The notes beneath the pieces are model-generated. The model was not told the origin of the DNA. It ran no database searches and saw only the letters and a program-made list of their open reading frames with translations. Positions 14,690-28,583 of a stretch of DNA of 64,000 nucleotides are shown one piece after another (within the stretch, counting starts at the first letter, position 1; each line of letters starts with the position of its first letter). Both the position numbers and the translations under genes were made by a program. The DNA is taken from contig OZ024741.1 of NCBI GenBank assembly GCA_964016885.1, forward strand, positions 19,096,001 to 19,160,000, in the 5' to 3' direction. This stretch comes from Eledone cirrhosa (Eukaryota).

Positions 14690-15105
14690 CAATCATCATC
14701 ATCACCACCATTTAATGTCCATTTTTCCACACTAGTATGGGTTAGATGATATATAAAAAAAACAGTTGTGTCACTTATCTATGTTTAGTTGCCATGTCGC
14801 TAACCTATGACATCACCAACTGACATCATCAACCTCATCATTATCAACTACCTTTATCCATTCCATTCTGGTAGTAAAGGCCAAACTTTGTTGCCTGTTT
14901 CTACCAAAGACAGTTTCATCATCATCACCATTTAACATCAATTTTTCCACACTAGAATGGGTTCGATGAGTTGTGAGACAAGTCAAATCACATGACCATG
15001 TTTTGCTCACACAGAACCATTTCTGGCTTGGTTTCTACAGCTGGATACCCTTCCTAACACCAGCTATATTTATAGTGTGAACTGGGTGCCTTTTATCATG
15101 GCACT
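14690..15105 (-). mobile_element. Degenerate RTE-type 3' tails / SINE tails
   Basis: (CAT)n-TTTAA..TTTTCCACACTAG..TGGGTT twice, plus CTACAGCTGGATACCCTTCCTAACACCA, which matches the RTE-A 3' UTR motif. Confidence 0.65.
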
Positions 15106-15114
15106 AATGTATCT

Positions 15115-15545
15115 TGGGTAATGACCCCCCCCAAAAAACGATTGTGAATACAAGCGGCTGAAATGGGGTTCCTCCAAAGGGTCTTTGGAGTAACATTACT
15201 TGATAATGTGCATAGCTTGGAGATCAGAGAATCACACCAGGTAGAGCCGCTACTTCTCCGAATTGAGAGATCGCAGCTCCACTACTATAGCCATGTGGTT
15301 AGACTGTCTCAGGAAAGAATCGCTGGACAGATTTTATGGGCAAAACCAACTGGCAGGAGACCCAGGTGTAGACCCCGAGCCAGATGGTTGGATAACATCC
15401 ATGCGCTTAGCTGGTCTTGCTTGGGGATCTAGCTGGATCTATTGGAGACGGTTGCTTCTGATAGGACCTGCTGGAAGAAGTGTTTGAGGACTCTTCCCCC
15501 AAAACTCCCCCAGGAATAAGTGGGTGAGTAAAGGAGGAGAAGACA
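15115..15545 (+). mobile_element. RTE-clade LINE (family C) 3' fragment
   Basis: EMGFLQRVFGVTLLD...IERSQLHYYSHVVR...GRRPRCRPRARWLDNI is a typical RTE C-terminus; a related copy lies at 59660-60078. Confidence 0.8.
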
Positions 15546-15697
15546 AATGGCCTTCCACATGAATGAGCTGGACTGGCTCTTTCAGTATGTCTCTCTCGCT
15601 ATCCCCAGGGTAACACATTTGTCATTGTGTAAGCCTGGACCATGCAGTGCCCTCTATCTGATGTTTTACAAAGGTCATAATAAGGTATATTATTACT

Positions 15698-15808
15698 ATC
15701 CTTACGGGGTCGATAATTGCCTTTCATTCTTACGGGGTCAATAAAATAAAGTACCAGTAACGTACTGAGATAATTACTGGCCTTGTGCCAAAAGTAGAAA
15801 CAATTATT
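15698..15808 (+). mobile_element. SINE fragment, GGGGTCGATAAAATAAAGTACCAG family
   Basis: Matches the body and 3' end of the fuller copy at 60700-60920. Confidence 0.75.
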
Positions 15809-16216
15809 ACTATGAGAGGGAAAGTTAGAGTTGATAGAAGGGATGCTGAGCTATTGGTAACAACATTGATGTTAATGGAAAATACTGAGATGGCTAAAAA
15901 TGTGGGAAAAGTGAGGAAATAATTTGTGTTGAGACTGAAATAGTAATACATCTGTTTGAGCTATAATTAACTTGTTTAATTATATACAGAAGAGATGGTG
16001 TTTAGTCACATGTGAAATAGCATTGGCCAGATCTGAGATGAAACATGTTCCAGCTATGTCCATCTCCTATCAGGCATTGCATCGCTAGGGATACATTTTG
16101 CAATGTGTGTCTTGCATTTTGAAGAGAGTAGGATATTTGAGGGAGATACCATTGCTATTTCTAGCATGTTGATTTATCCAACTGGTGTGTGTGTGTATGT
16201 ATATACATATAACAAT

Positions 16217-16257
<41 letters not shown>

Positions 16258-16263
16258 TGTATA

Positions 16264-18385
16264 TCATCATCATCATCATCATCAACGTTTAACGTCCGTG
16301 TTCCACGCTTGCATGGGTTTGGACGGGGGTAGTCCCACTTGAGGCAAGAGTGATTGTCTTGCTCGCATAGGACTGTCTGGCAGGTTTTCTACAGATGGAT
16401 GCCCTTCCTAACACCAACCACATTTACAGTGTGGGTCTGGGAGGTTTTTACCGTGTTGCCTACACGGCCACATTACAGCGTGGACTGTGTGTTTTTTTGT
16501 CGTGACACCTACACGATCTCATTTGTTTCGGCCTGGATGGCGCGGCACCAACATAACTTTACATAGAACGGGGTGGTGTGGATGGGGTGGGGGTGGTGGC
16601 GGGACGGGGTGTATTTTGTTAGAGATGCCTACTGGCAAGGCGGGTCTTCTCTGTTACTGAGTACCGCCAAAGGTCTCGGTCCAGTGACATTGTCTTGGAG
16701 AGGTGTAAGTGTGTGAGGTCGGAGTTTATCAGCTCATCCCATGTTTTTCTAGGTCTGCCTATTCCGTGGCTACCGTCTATCTTTATTGCCCTGCACTTTG
16801 TTATACAGCTATCGACTTTCATGCGCATCACGTGTCCATACCAACGCAGCCTTCTCTCGAGTAAACAACATCTGATCCCTCTTATTTCTAATTTTTTCCT
16901 TAGTTCGTTTATGCTTTGCCGTTCACGTATATTACTGTTACACATCCAGCGGAGCATGCAAGCTTCGTTCCTCTCTAGTCTGCGTATATCCTCTGCACAC
17001 AATGCCCAGGTCTCACTACCATGCAACATTGCTGTTCGTATGCAGGCATCGTACAACCTGCCTTTCATTTTTAGGGAGAACCCTTTAGCAGCTAATAGTG
17101 GTATAAGCTCTCTGAACTTTTTCCAACCAGTTCTGACTCTAGCTACAGTACTTTCAGAGCACCCTCCCCCACTGCTGATTTTATCGCCCAGGTAACGGAA
17201 GCTGTCCACTATTTCTATAGAACCCTCTGCGCAATTGAAAGAGCTAGTATTTTGTGGGCACTTGCTGCTACTTATTGCACCAGAACACCGGCCACATGTA
17301 AAATCTATGTTCTTAATTAGCTTACCTGTGATCCCACTACATCTTTTATGCACCCATACTTTGCATTTAGGACATAAAATGGAGTTTCTACCTACGCCTT
17401 TCCTACACACCGAGCACGACCATTTCCCAGAAGGGACCGCCGCCTTGTTTTCTTTCCTACAAACTAGAACTTTGGTCTTAGCCAGGTTAATTTTAAGTCC
17501 TTTTGACTCTAGGCCGTGCTTCCATGTTTGGAATTTCTTCTCTAGCTCGGCCATTGATTCCGCTATGAGTGTCAGGTCGTCTGCGTATAGGAGTTCCCAT
17601 GGGCAGCCTGTCTTGAACTCCTCTGTTATAGCCTGAAGGGCAATAATAAATAGTAGGGGGCTGAGAACAGAGCCCTGATGGACGCCAACTTTTACGCTAA
17701 ACTCTTCACTATATTCGTTGTTAATTCTAACCTTGCTGACTGTTTCTTTATACATGGCTTGTATAGCCCTCACAAGCCATTCGTCAACGCCTAGTTTTCT
17801 AAGAGCCCACCAGATAATGGAGCGGGGGACTCTGTCGAAGGCTTTCTCCAGGTCGACAAAAGCTAAGTAGAGCGGTTTACCTTTAGCTAGGTACTTCTCC
17901 TGTAGTTGTCGTACTATGAAAAGAGCGTCTGTGGTGCTTTTGCCTGACACAAACCCGAACTGCATTTCATCTAGGTCAATTCTCTCTCTGATTAGTTGCG
18001 CTATTACTTTTTCCGTGACCTTCATGACCTGGTCGATTAATTTAATGCCTCTATAGTTACTCCTATCTAGGGCGTCTCCTTTACCCTTATAACAGTTAAC
18101 GATGATGCTGCTATGCCAGTCCTTCGGAACAACCCCATTCTGTACGACTTGGTTAACTATGCGGGTGACCATGATGTGTCCCACCGTGCCAGATGCCTTC
18201 AGCATCTCAGCAACTATTTCCGAAGGCCCAGCCGCCTTACCCGTCTTCATATCCTTGATTGCCTTACTTATTATACTCCCCTCGACTAACACTGCTGGTC
18301 CCTCTATCGGGTCGATATGGGGGAGACTGTCTTTCTCCCATTTATTCTCCTCATTTAGTAGCCTTTCATAGTGACACTTCCAAGC
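16264..18385 (-). mobile_element. RTE LINE family A, 5'-truncated copy (RT ORF 16619-18292, 3' UTR, (GAT)n tail)
   Basis: NYRGIKL, FVDLEKAFDRV, GVHQGSVLSPLLF, LLYADD and FRYLG; near-identical to 45516-47270. Confidence 0.95.
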
Positions 18386-18398
18386 TTATATATATAAA

Positions 18399-18474
18399 AT
18401 TGTTTCTACTTTTGGCACAAGGCCAGCAATTATCCCAGTGTATTACTGGTACTTTATTTTATCGACCCCGTAAG
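18399..18474 (-). mobile_element. SINE 3' fragment, inverted relative to 15730-15805
   Basis: Reverse complement reads CTTACGGGGTCGATAAAATAAAGTACCAG...GGCCTTGTGCCAAAAGTAGAAACA. Confidence 0.75.
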
Positions 18475-18521
18475 AATTAGCAGAATATAGTGATATATAT
18501 AATGTATAGCAGTATACAATG

Positions 18522-19030
<509 letters not shown>

Positions 19031-19184
19031 ATATATATATGTGTGTATATATCTACATATATACGTATATATATGTGTGTGTGTGTATATATATATAATG
19101 TAGAGACAACATTCATTGATTTCTATCTGTATGTGATAGTTCCAGTACCAAACATATCTGCTGGTACTCTCACTTTAAATACAC

Positions 19185-20475
19185 TCTATCTCTCTCCTTG
19201 CTCCCCCTTTCTCTTTTTACTTTTTCTCCTCTCTCTCCCTCTCTATATTTCTCTTTCTCTTCTCTCTCCCTCTCTATATTTCTCTTTCTCCTCGCTCTCT
19301 CCCTCTCCATATTTCTCTTTCTCCTCTCTCTCCCTCTCTATATTTCTCTTTCTCCTCTCTCCCTCCCTCTCTATATTTCTCTTTCTTCTCTTTCTCCTCT
19401 CTCCCTCTCTATATTTCTTTCTCCTCTCTCTCCCTCTTTATATTTCTCTTTCTCCTCTCTCTCCCTCTCTCTCTATATATATGTGTATGTCAGAGAGAGA
19501 GAGTAGCACCATAATCATTCCTGTATAATAGTAGTAGTAGTGGTGTTGATGGTGGTAGTTGTAGTATTAGTTGTAAAGGTGGTGGTAGTAGTAGTTGTGG
19601 CAGTCCTTGTTGTTGTTGTATCAGCCTGTATTAAAAGGACATCTTCAATCAGCTGCTGCCATTACACACAATGGTTGCACTGCGGCATACCACTACCACC
19701 ACCACCACCACCACCACCACCACCACTATCATACCACCACCACTACCACTATCATACCACTACCACTATAATACCACTATCACTATCATACCACCACCAC
19801 TATAATACCACTACCATACCACCACCACTACCACTATCATATCACTACCACTATAATACCACTATCACTATCATACCACCACCACTATAATACCACTACT
19901 ACCACCACCAGCACAATCATACCACAACACCACCACTACCACACCACCACCACCATCCATACCACTATCATACCACTCCCACCACCACTATCATAGCACC
20001 ACCACGACTATTATACTACCACCAGCACCACCACTATCATACTACTACCAACACAACCAGCACTATCAGGCTACCACCAACATCACCAACACAATCATAC
20101 CACTACCACACCACCACCACCATCCATACCACTATCATACCACCACCACCACCACCACCACTATTATACTACCACCAGCACTATCACCACTATCATACTA
20201 CTACCAACACCACCAGCACTATCAGGCTACCACCAACATCACCAACACAATCATACCACTACCACACCACCACCACCATCCATACCACTATCATACCACC
20301 ACCACCACCACCACTATTATACTACCACCAGCACCATCACCACTATCATACCACCACCACCACCACCACCACTATTATACTACCACCAGCACCATCACCA
20401 CTATCATACTACTACCAACACCACCAGCACTATCATGCTACTACCAACATCACCAACAACAACAACAACAACAGT
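19185..20475. repeat. CT-rich and ACC/CAT-rich low-complexity tandem repeats
   Basis: CTCTCTCCCTCTCTATATTTCTCTTT units at 19220-19475; ACC-rich ~150-bp blocks repeated at 19910-20460. Confidence 0.9.
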
Positions 20476-20614
20476 ATTGGATGCAACAAGATGTATGGAA
20501 GAGGGGGTGGGCTATGATCCCTTAATCTTCCAATTTAGATATTGGAAATTGAGAGAGAGCACATGGTTTGTTGTGGAGTGCTTGTAGTAGTGGGAGTGTT
20601 AGTTTTGGGTAAAT

Positions 20615-20960
20615 GTGGTGGTGGTGGTGGTGGTGGTTGTTATGGTGGTGCTAGTGGTGGTGGTTGTTATGGTGGTGCTAGTGGTGGTGGTTGTTATGGT
20701 GGTGCTAGTGGTGGTGGTTGTTATGGTGGTGCTAGTGGTGGTGGTTGTTATGGTGGTGCTAGTGGTGGTGGTTGTTATGGTGGTGCTAGTGGTGGTGGTT
20801 GTTATGGTGGTGCTAGTGGTGGTGGTTGTTATGGTGGTGCTAGTGGTGGTGGTTGTTATGGTGGTGCTAGTGGTGGTGGTTGTTATGGTGGTGCTAGTGG
20901 TGGTGGTTGTTATGGTGGTGCTAGTGGTGGTGGTTGTTATAGTGGTGCTAGTGGTGGTGG
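20615..20960. repeat. 27-bp minisatellite GGTGGTGGTTGTTATGGTGGTGCTAGT, ~12 copies
   Basis: Directly visible. Confidence 0.95.
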
Positions 20961-21249
20961 GGATTTCTTTCCAATAACTTCAGCTACCATTTATAAAAGA
21001 ATATAATTTCAAATTGTTGAGGATGATGGAAAAAAAAGCCAGTGTTGAATGTTGTGTAGAGAGATGGAATGAGATGTTTGGGTCATGTGTTGATGAGGAA
21101 TGAAAGTGACTGGGTGAGAGGAATAAAGCCAGTGATGAATATTGTGTAGTGAAATGGAATGTGATCGTTAAATCATGTGTTGCAGAAGGATAAAAGTGAT
21201 TAGGTGAGAGAAATGATGAAAAGAGAGAGGGTAGGCACTTGAAAGATTT

Positions 21250-21422
21250 TCCATCTCTCCACTTATCACATTCCTTTGTCATCTCCTCTGTGAGTCTCAA
21301 GGATTTAAGGTCACCTCTCACAACCTCAGTCCAGGTCTTTCTTTGTTTACTTCTACTGTGGTTTCCTTCTACTGAGATTTCCTAGTACTTCTTCACCCAG
21401 CAATCATTGTCCATGTGCATGA
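21250..21422 (-). mobile_element. RTE family B-like 3' fragment, old
   Basis: Minus strand encodes KTWTEVVRGDLKSLRLTEEMTKECDKWRD, similar to the C-terminus at 22736-23170. Confidence 0.75.
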
Positions 21423-21775
21423 CTTTCAAATGATTTGGAAAATAATCAAGATTTTGTAGAGATTTACTAATGTTACTAACTTTATTATTAAGGTAGGACA
21501 TAACTTAACAACATTTCTTACACAATGTTATAATGGGAGATTTAAATAGGAAAACTTTAGGGGGAAATATTTTTTCATGAGAGAACCAAAGGTGTTGATT
21601 TCAGTCACGTTGGTATCAAAAGGGTTAAACAAGAAAAGTAACCCCTTATACTAATGCTTGGAGCAGAGTATTAGTTAATACAAGAATGTCACTCCTACCG
21701 TCACCTAGACCAGCCCACCCCGTGATCTCTGCTCTCTTTACATATCTGGACAAAGTATTACTTTGTGAGGGTGTA

Positions 21776-21973
21776 CAAGGGCCGGCTGGAAAGTTCATAG
21801 GTTGACCATGAAGGACTGATGCTAGAGCTATGTAATCTTGCATGCATTAATTTCAACTCTTCTTAAAAGTAACTGCATTGTTTCTATCCAGGGGCTATGT
21901 TGAAACATAAACCTCACTTGATTATTCCATGAGAGTATCTTGGTCAACCTTTGGACTTTTCAGCTGACCCTCG
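21776..21973. mobile_element. Tc1/mariner-type MITE
   Basis: ~32-bp imperfect TIRs (CAAGGGCCGGCTGGAAAGTTCATAGGTTGACC; right end reverse-complemented CGAGGGTCAGCTGAAAAGTCCAAAGGTTGACC), each flanked by TA. Confidence 0.75.
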
Positions 21974-21999
21974 TATATATGTGTGTATGTTTCCTTTGT

Positions 22000-22137
22000 G
22001 AAGGTGACATGGCGTAGTAATAAGGGTCAACAACACATGGTCTTAGAGTTAGGAGTTCAATTCCAAGTGGTACATTGTTGGTGGTACAGTGGTACAAGAC
22101 ACTTTATTTCCCATTGCTCCAATTCACTCACACTGAC
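22000..22137 (+). mobile_element. Degenerate CORE-type SINE
   Basis: CATGGCGTAGT...GGAGTTCAATTCC...CAAGACACTTTATTTCCCATTGCTCCA resembles 18699-18840. Confidence 0.7.
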
Positions 22138-22724
22138 TCTCCCTGAGAATTATGTTAAGTTTACACGTGTCTATGGAATACTCAAACTACTGCAACATTC
22201 GTTCCAGAATTGATGGAGGTCCAAAGGATAACAACACACACACTCACACATACTCATACACACACACATACACTCTTACACACACTCATACACTCACACA
22301 CACACTCATCCACATACACACTCACACGTACACATGCACCTATACACTCACACACAACTATACGCACTCACACTCACATACACTCGTACACACACACATA
22401 CACTCATACAAACACTCACATACATTCATACACACACACACATACACCCATACACACTTACATACGCTCATACACACACACATACATACACACACACACT
22501 CACACACCCACCCATACACACATCCACACACACACACGCACGTGTTTCTTCAGTTCAGTTTCAAACCTTGTATACAACATATACATTATTTTCTTTGCTA
22601 AATTTTAATTTAAGTTGTTGTAGAACTGCATTTCCTCTTCCACCCACTTCTTATCATTCTCCTTCTCTACCACAATCAAATGTGGTAGAGGGGTTATATA
22701 TACAAATATATAAATATATATATC

Positions 22725-23191
22725 TCATCATCATTTTACGTCTGCTCTTCCCTGCTTGCAAGGGTGGGACGGGTCTTATTTAGCACAGCATCTCTCCACT
22801 TGTCATGGTCCTTCGTCATCTCCACCGTGAGCTTCAGCGATCTGAGGTCTGTTCTCACCACCTCCGCCCATGTTTTTCGTGGTCTACCTCTACCACGTCT
22901 TCCTTCAACTGGCATTTCCTGGCACTTCTTCACCCATCGGTCATCCTCCATGCACATCACATGTCCATACCACCTCAGTCTCCTCTCCCGTACACTACAT
23001 TCTATCCCTCTCAGACACAGTTTCTCTCTCAACACATTCATGCTGGGTCGTTCATGCACATTGACATTGCACATCCAACGGAGCATGCTTGCCTCATTTC
23101 TCTCCAGCCGTCGCATATCCTCTGCAGTTGCTGCCCATGTCTCACTACCATGCAGCATCGCGTTCCTCACACAGGCATCATATAACCGGCC
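22725..23191 (-). mobile_element. RTE LINE family B 3' fragment
   Basis: AMLHGSETWA...RRLRWYGHV...RGRPRKTW with a short 3' tail; both ends abut (TA)n. Confidence 0.9.
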
Positions 23192-23297
23192 TTTATATAT
23201 ATATATATATATATCCGGTTAACCCATGCTTCAATAGAAAATGGATGTTAACCAATGATGATATATATGCATGTGTATGTGTAATATATATTTCATG

Positions 23298-23643
23298 TAG
23301 CTCCAGTTTACGCAGCTGTAGAAATGAGTTGTGACGTCACTGGTGCCAAGCTGTATTGGTCATTGCCTTTCCTTTGGACAACATATATAGTGTATAATAT
23401 ATACTGTACATAGAGTATATATATAATGTATATGTATGTTGTGACGTCACTGGTGCCAAGCTGTGGCGTTCAGTGCCTTTCCTTTGGGACAACATCGATG
23501 GTGTGGAGAGGGGAGACTGATATGTATGGGTGACTGTTGATCTTCCACAAACAACCTTGCCCGGACTTGTGCCTCAGAGGGGAACTTTCTAGATGCAAAT
23601 ACTATGTTCATTTGTGAGCGAAGGGGGTCTTTAGCCTTTACCC
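23298..23643 (+). mobile_element. SINE body and 3' part with a locally duplicated segment
   Basis: GCTCCAGTTTACGCAGCTGTAGAAATGAG continues the CORE SINE; TTGTGACGTCACTGGTGCCAAGCTGT occurs at ~23329 and ~23439. Confidence 0.65.
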
Positions 23644-23656
23644 AATATATATATAT

Positions 23657-23904
23657 GTAGGAGGTGAGTTTTATTGTAGCACAATAAAGCAATGCAAATA
23701 TCGGATAAGTAGCACTCTACAGTTTGTAGGACTGGAGTATAAATAATATAAGATCAAAAGATGGTTAAAAGAGTTCCATGTATTTTATTATGCGCATTTC
23801 ATATCTGATGAGAACGCAAATATCATCCCATGATGATATTTGTTTTTGAAATGCGCATAATAAGATACATGGAAGTCTTTTAACCATCTTTTGATCTTAT
23901 ATTA
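23657..23904. mobile_element. Penelope-like terminal fold-back insert (family P1)
   Basis: Inverted arms 23744-23801 and 23847-23904 plus tail 23657-23743; same family as 49304-49702. Confidence 0.7.
23802..23862 (+). ncRNA. Minimal type-I hammerhead ribozyme motif
   Basis: TAT-CTGATGA-[CAAATATCATC/GATGATATTTG]-GAAA-TGCGCA-TA-ATA; stem I is only 3 bp. Confidence 0.65.
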
Positions 23905-23908
23905 TATA

Positions 23909-24371
23909 TATCATCATCATCATCATCAAGGTTTAGCGTCCGTGTTCCACGCTTGCATGGGTTTGGACGGGGGTTTTCCCACTTGAGGCAAGAGTGGTTG
24001 TCTTGCCCACATAGGACTGTCTGGCGGGTTTTCTACAGCTGGATGCCCTTCCTAACACCAACCACATTTACAGTGTGGGGCTGGGAGGTTTTTACCGTGT
24101 TGCCTACACGGCCACATTACAGCGTGGACTGTCTGGCGGGTTTTCTACAGCTGGATGCCCTTCCTAACACCAACCACATTTACAGCGTGGGGCTGGGAGG
24201 TTTTGACCGTGTTGCCTACACGGCCACATTTACAGCGTGGACTGTGTGTTTTTTTTTGTCGTGACACCTACACGATCTCATTTGTTTTGGCCTGGATGTT
24301 GTGGCACCAACATAACTTTACATTGAAAGGGGCGGTGTGGATGAGGTGGGGGTGGTGGGACGGGGGGGGGT

Positions 24372-24372
<1 letters not shown>
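23909..24372 (-). mobile_element. RTE-A 3' UTR-only insertion with a duplicated 112-bp unit
   Basis: Matches 45114-45470; the GGACTGTCTGGCGGG...CAGCGT unit is present twice. Confidence 0.9.
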
Positions 24373-24373
<1 letters not shown>

Positions 24374-24416
<43 letters not shown>

Positions 24417-24975
24417 TGTGTCTAATATATATATATGCATGTGTCTATATATATATGCATGTGTCTATATATATATGCATGTGTCTATATATATATGCAT
24501 GTGTCTATATATATATGCATGTGTCTATATATATATGCATGTGTCTATATATATATGCATGTGTCTATATATATATGCATGTGTCTATATATATATGCAT
24601 GTGTCTATATATATATATGCATGTGTCTATATATATATATGCATGTGTCTATATATATATATGCATGTCTTTATATATATATATGCATGTGTCTATATAT
24701 ATATATATGCATGTGTCTATATATATATATATATATGCACGTGTCTATATATATATATATTCATGTGTCTATATATCTATATATATATATATGCATGTGT
24801 CTATATATATATATGCATGTGTCTATATATATATATATATATGCATGTATATATATATATATATGCATGTGTCTATATATATATATGCATGTATATATAT
24901 ATATATATGCATGTGTCTATATATATATGCATGTATATATATATATATATGCATGTATATATATATATATATGCA

Positions 24976-25006
<31 letters not shown>

Positions 25007-25485
25007 GCATGTGTCTATATATATATGCATGTGTCTATATATATATGCATGTGTCTATATATATATGCATGTGTCTATATATATATGCATGTGTCTATAT
25101 ATATATGCATGTGTCTATATATATATATGCATGTGTCTATATATATATATGCATGTGTCTATATATATATATGCATGTGTCTATATATATATATGCATGT
25201 CTTTATATATATATATGCATGTGTCTATATATATATATATGCATGTGTCTATATATATATATATATATGCACGTGTCTATATATATATATATTCATGTGT
25301 CTATATATCTATATATATATATATGCATGTGTCTATATATATATATGCATGTGTCTATATATATATATATATATGCATGTATATATATATATATATGCAT
25401 GTGTCTATATATATATATGCATGTATATATATATATATATGCATGTGTCTATATATATATGCATGTATATATATATATATATGCA

Positions 25486-25516
<31 letters not shown>

Positions 25517-26069
25517 GCATGTGTCTATATATATATGCATGTGTCTATATATATATGCATGTGTCTATATATATATGCATGTGTCTATATATATATGCAT
25601 GTGTCTATATATATATGCATGTGTCTATATATATATATGCATGTGTCTATATATATATATGCATGTGTCTATATATATATATGCATGTCTTTATATATAT
25701 ATATGCATGTGTCTATATATATATATATGCATGTGTCTATATATATATATATATATGCACGTGTCTATATATATATATATATTCATGTGTCTATATATCT
25801 ATATATATATATATGCATGTGTCTATATATATATATGCATGTGTCTATATATATATATATATATGCATGTATATATATATATATATGCATGTGTCTATAT
25901 ATATATATGCATGTATATATATATATATATGCATGTGTCTATATATATATATGCATGTATATATATATATATATGCATGTGTCTATATATATATATATGC
26001 ATGTATATATATATATATATGCATGTGTCTATATATATATATGCATGTATATATATATATATATATGCA

Positions 26070-26100
<31 letters not shown>

Positions 26101-26140
26101 GCATGTGTCTATATATATATATATGGTGCACGTGTCTATA
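24374..26140. repeat. (TA)n-GCATGTGTC compound satellite with ~0.5-kb higher-order repeats
   Basis: Diagnostic variant GCACGTGTC at ~24737, ~25269 and ~25757. Confidence 0.9.
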
Positions 26141-26470
26141 AGGTGCATTGGCAGAGCCATTAGAATGTTGCAGTATTTGTTTTGGCTATCTGTTTTCTGA
26201 GTTCAAATCCCGCCATGGTCAACTTTGCCTTTCATCCATTCAACGTCACTAGAAAGTACCAGTCAAGTACTGGGGTCGATTCCTCCTCCATATCTCTTTC
26301 TTACTTCCATTCTCTCTATGTATGTAAGTGTATGTAAATATATATGGATGTATGTAAATGAGGTTGGTGTTAGGAAGGGCATCCAGCTGTAGAAATCAAG
26401 CCAGAATCAGTTCCCGTCCCACCCTTGCAAGCAGGGAAAAGCGGATGTAAAATGATGATGATGATGATGT
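26140..26470 (+). mobile_element. SINE fragments (GTCAACTTTGCCTTTCATCC body; RTE-derived tail)
   Basis: 26195-26280 matches the 60700 SINE; 26355-26470 is nearly identical to 18917-19030. Confidence 0.75.
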
Positions 26471-26533
26471 ATGTATCAGTATATGTATATATGTATGTAT
26501 GTATCTGTATATAAATATAAATATGTATGTATG

Positions 26534-26575
<42 letters not shown>

Positions 26576-26576
<1 letters not shown>

Positions 26577-27345
26577 CATCATCATCGTTTAACGTCCATA
26601 TTCCACGCTAACATGGGTTTGGACGGGAGTGGTTGTCTTGCTCAGGACTGTCTGGCAGGTTTTCTACGACTGGATGCCCTTCCTAACACCAACCACGTTT
26701 ACAGTGTGGACTGGGAGGTTTTTACCGTGTTACCTACACGGCCACATTACAGCGTGGACTGTGTGTTTGTCTTGACACCTACACGGCCACATTACAGCGT
26801 GGACTGTGTGTTTGTCGTGACACCTACACGGCCACATTACAGCGTGGACTGTGTGTTTGTCGTGACACCTACACGGCCACATTACAGCGTGGACTGTGTG
26901 TTTGTCGTGACACCTACACGACCACATTACAGCGTGGACTGTGTGTTTGTCGTGACACCTACACGGCCACATTACAGCGTGGACTGTGTGTTTGTCGTGA
27001 CACCTACACGGCCACATTACAGCGTGGACTGTGTGTTTGTCGTGACGCCTACACGGCCACATTACAGCGTGGACTGTGTGTTTGTCGTGACACCTACACG
27101 GCCACATTACAGCGTGGACTGTGTGTTTGTCGTGACACCTACACGGCCACATTACAGCGTGGACTGTGTGTTTGTCGTGACACCTACACGGCCACATTAC
27201 AGCGTGGACTGTGTGTTTGTCGTGACACCTACACGACCACATTACAGTGTGGACTGTGTGTTTGTCGTGACACCTACACGGCCACATTACAGCGTGGACT
27301 GTGTGTTTGTCGTGACACCTATACAACCTCATTTGTTTTGGCCTG
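26576..27345 (-). mobile_element. RTE-A 3' UTR with an internal 45-bp tandem array (~13 copies)
   Basis: Unit ACACCTACACGGCCACATTACAGCGTGGACTGTGTGTTTGTCGTG at ~26732-27320. Confidence 0.9.
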
Positions 27346-27356
27346 TATATGTATAT

Positions 27357-27475
27357 ATGCGAGCAAGACAACCACTCTTGCCTCAAGTGGGAAAACCCCC
27401 GTCCAAACCCATGCAAGCGTGGAACACGGACGCTAAACCTGATGATGAGGATGAGGATGATGATGATGATGATGA
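27357..27475 (+). mobile_element. RTE-A 3' tail in opposite orientation
   Basis: GCGAGCAAGACAACCACTCTTGCC...GGACGCTAAACC(TGA)n is the reverse complement of ~23910-24010. Confidence 0.85.
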
Positions 27476-27484
27476 ATGGATGTA

Positions 27485-27523
<39 letters not shown>

Positions 27524-27726
27524 ATGTGTATATATGTATGTATATATATGTGTATATATGTATATATGTATGTATATGTATATATATGTGTATATATATG
27601 TGTATATATGTATGTATATATATATATATATGTATGTATATGTATATATATGTGTATGTATGTATGTATATATGTATGTATGTATGTGTATATATATATA
27701 TGTATGTATATGTGTATGTATGTATG

Positions 27727-27992
27727 TTTTGGTAAATATCATCTTGGTTAAGAGAGTGGGACTGGCTTTGTGCAGTGCCTTTGCTCACTATAAAAGCTTC
27801 ACAGCACAGGCATTGCTTTATATCTGGAGATCTCTCTGCACTTGTCGTCACATGGTACCATGGGCCCAGCACTATGTGTCAATAATTGTCAAAAGTGTAG
27901 TGTTTGTACCAGAGTTTTCAAGTCGCTGGCTGGACTAAAAAGTCACACTCGTTCAGCGCATCGGTAGGGGTTCTCCTACATGGATATAAAGT
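27727..27992. repeat. Unclassified interspersed repeat, copy 1
   Basis: Near-identical to 30011-30278. Confidence 0.8.
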
Positions 27993-28583
27993 AGGGAAAT
28001 GGCCATGCTCAGTGTGTAGGAAAGGAGTAGGTAGAAACTCCATTTTATGTCCCAAATGCAAAGTATGGGTTCATAAAAGATGTAGTGGGATCACAGGTAA
28101 GCTAACTAAGAATATAGATTTTATATGTGGCTGGTGCTCTGGTGCAATAAGTAGCAGCAAATGCCCACAGAATACTAACTCATTCCATTGCGCAGAGGGT
28201 TCTATAGAAATAGTGGACAGCTTCCGTTACCTGGGTGACAAAATCAGCAGTGGGGGAGGGTGCTCTGAAAGTACAGTAGCTAGAGTCAGAACTGGATGGA
28301 AAAAGTTCAGAGAGCTTATACCACTATTGGCCGCTAAAGGGCAATATGAGACCGTGTAGGTGTCACGACAAAAAAACACACAGTCCACGCCGTAATTTTA
28401 CACGGTAAAAACCTCCCAGTTCCACACTGTAAATGTGGTTGGTGTTAGGAAGGGCATCCAGCCGTAGAAAACCCACCAGACAGTCCTATGCGAGCAAGAC
28501 AACCACTCTTGCCTCAAGAGGGAAAACTCCCGTCCAAACCCATGCAAGCGTGGAATATGGACGTTAAACGATGATAATGATGA
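27993..28583 (+). mobile_element. RTE-A internally deleted copy (PHD/RT7 region joined to 3' UTR)
   Basis: GKWPCSVCRKGVG...PLLAAKG, then a jump to 3' UTR sequence and a (GAT)n tail. Confidence 0.9.

Noticed and set aside
20542-21006. Gly-rich (GGGCYGGAS)n structural protein
   Set aside because: Units are near-identical at the DNA level with no synonymous variation and derive from (GGT)n; there is no supported gene structure.
21430-21630. piggyBac-like end (AAAGGGTTAA)
   Set aside because: Only one terminus is visible, with no matching TIR.
21646-21770. Possible small minus-strand exon YVKRAEITGWAGLGD
   Set aside because: AG/GT boundaries are plausible, but no protein was recognised and no phase-compatible partner exon was found.
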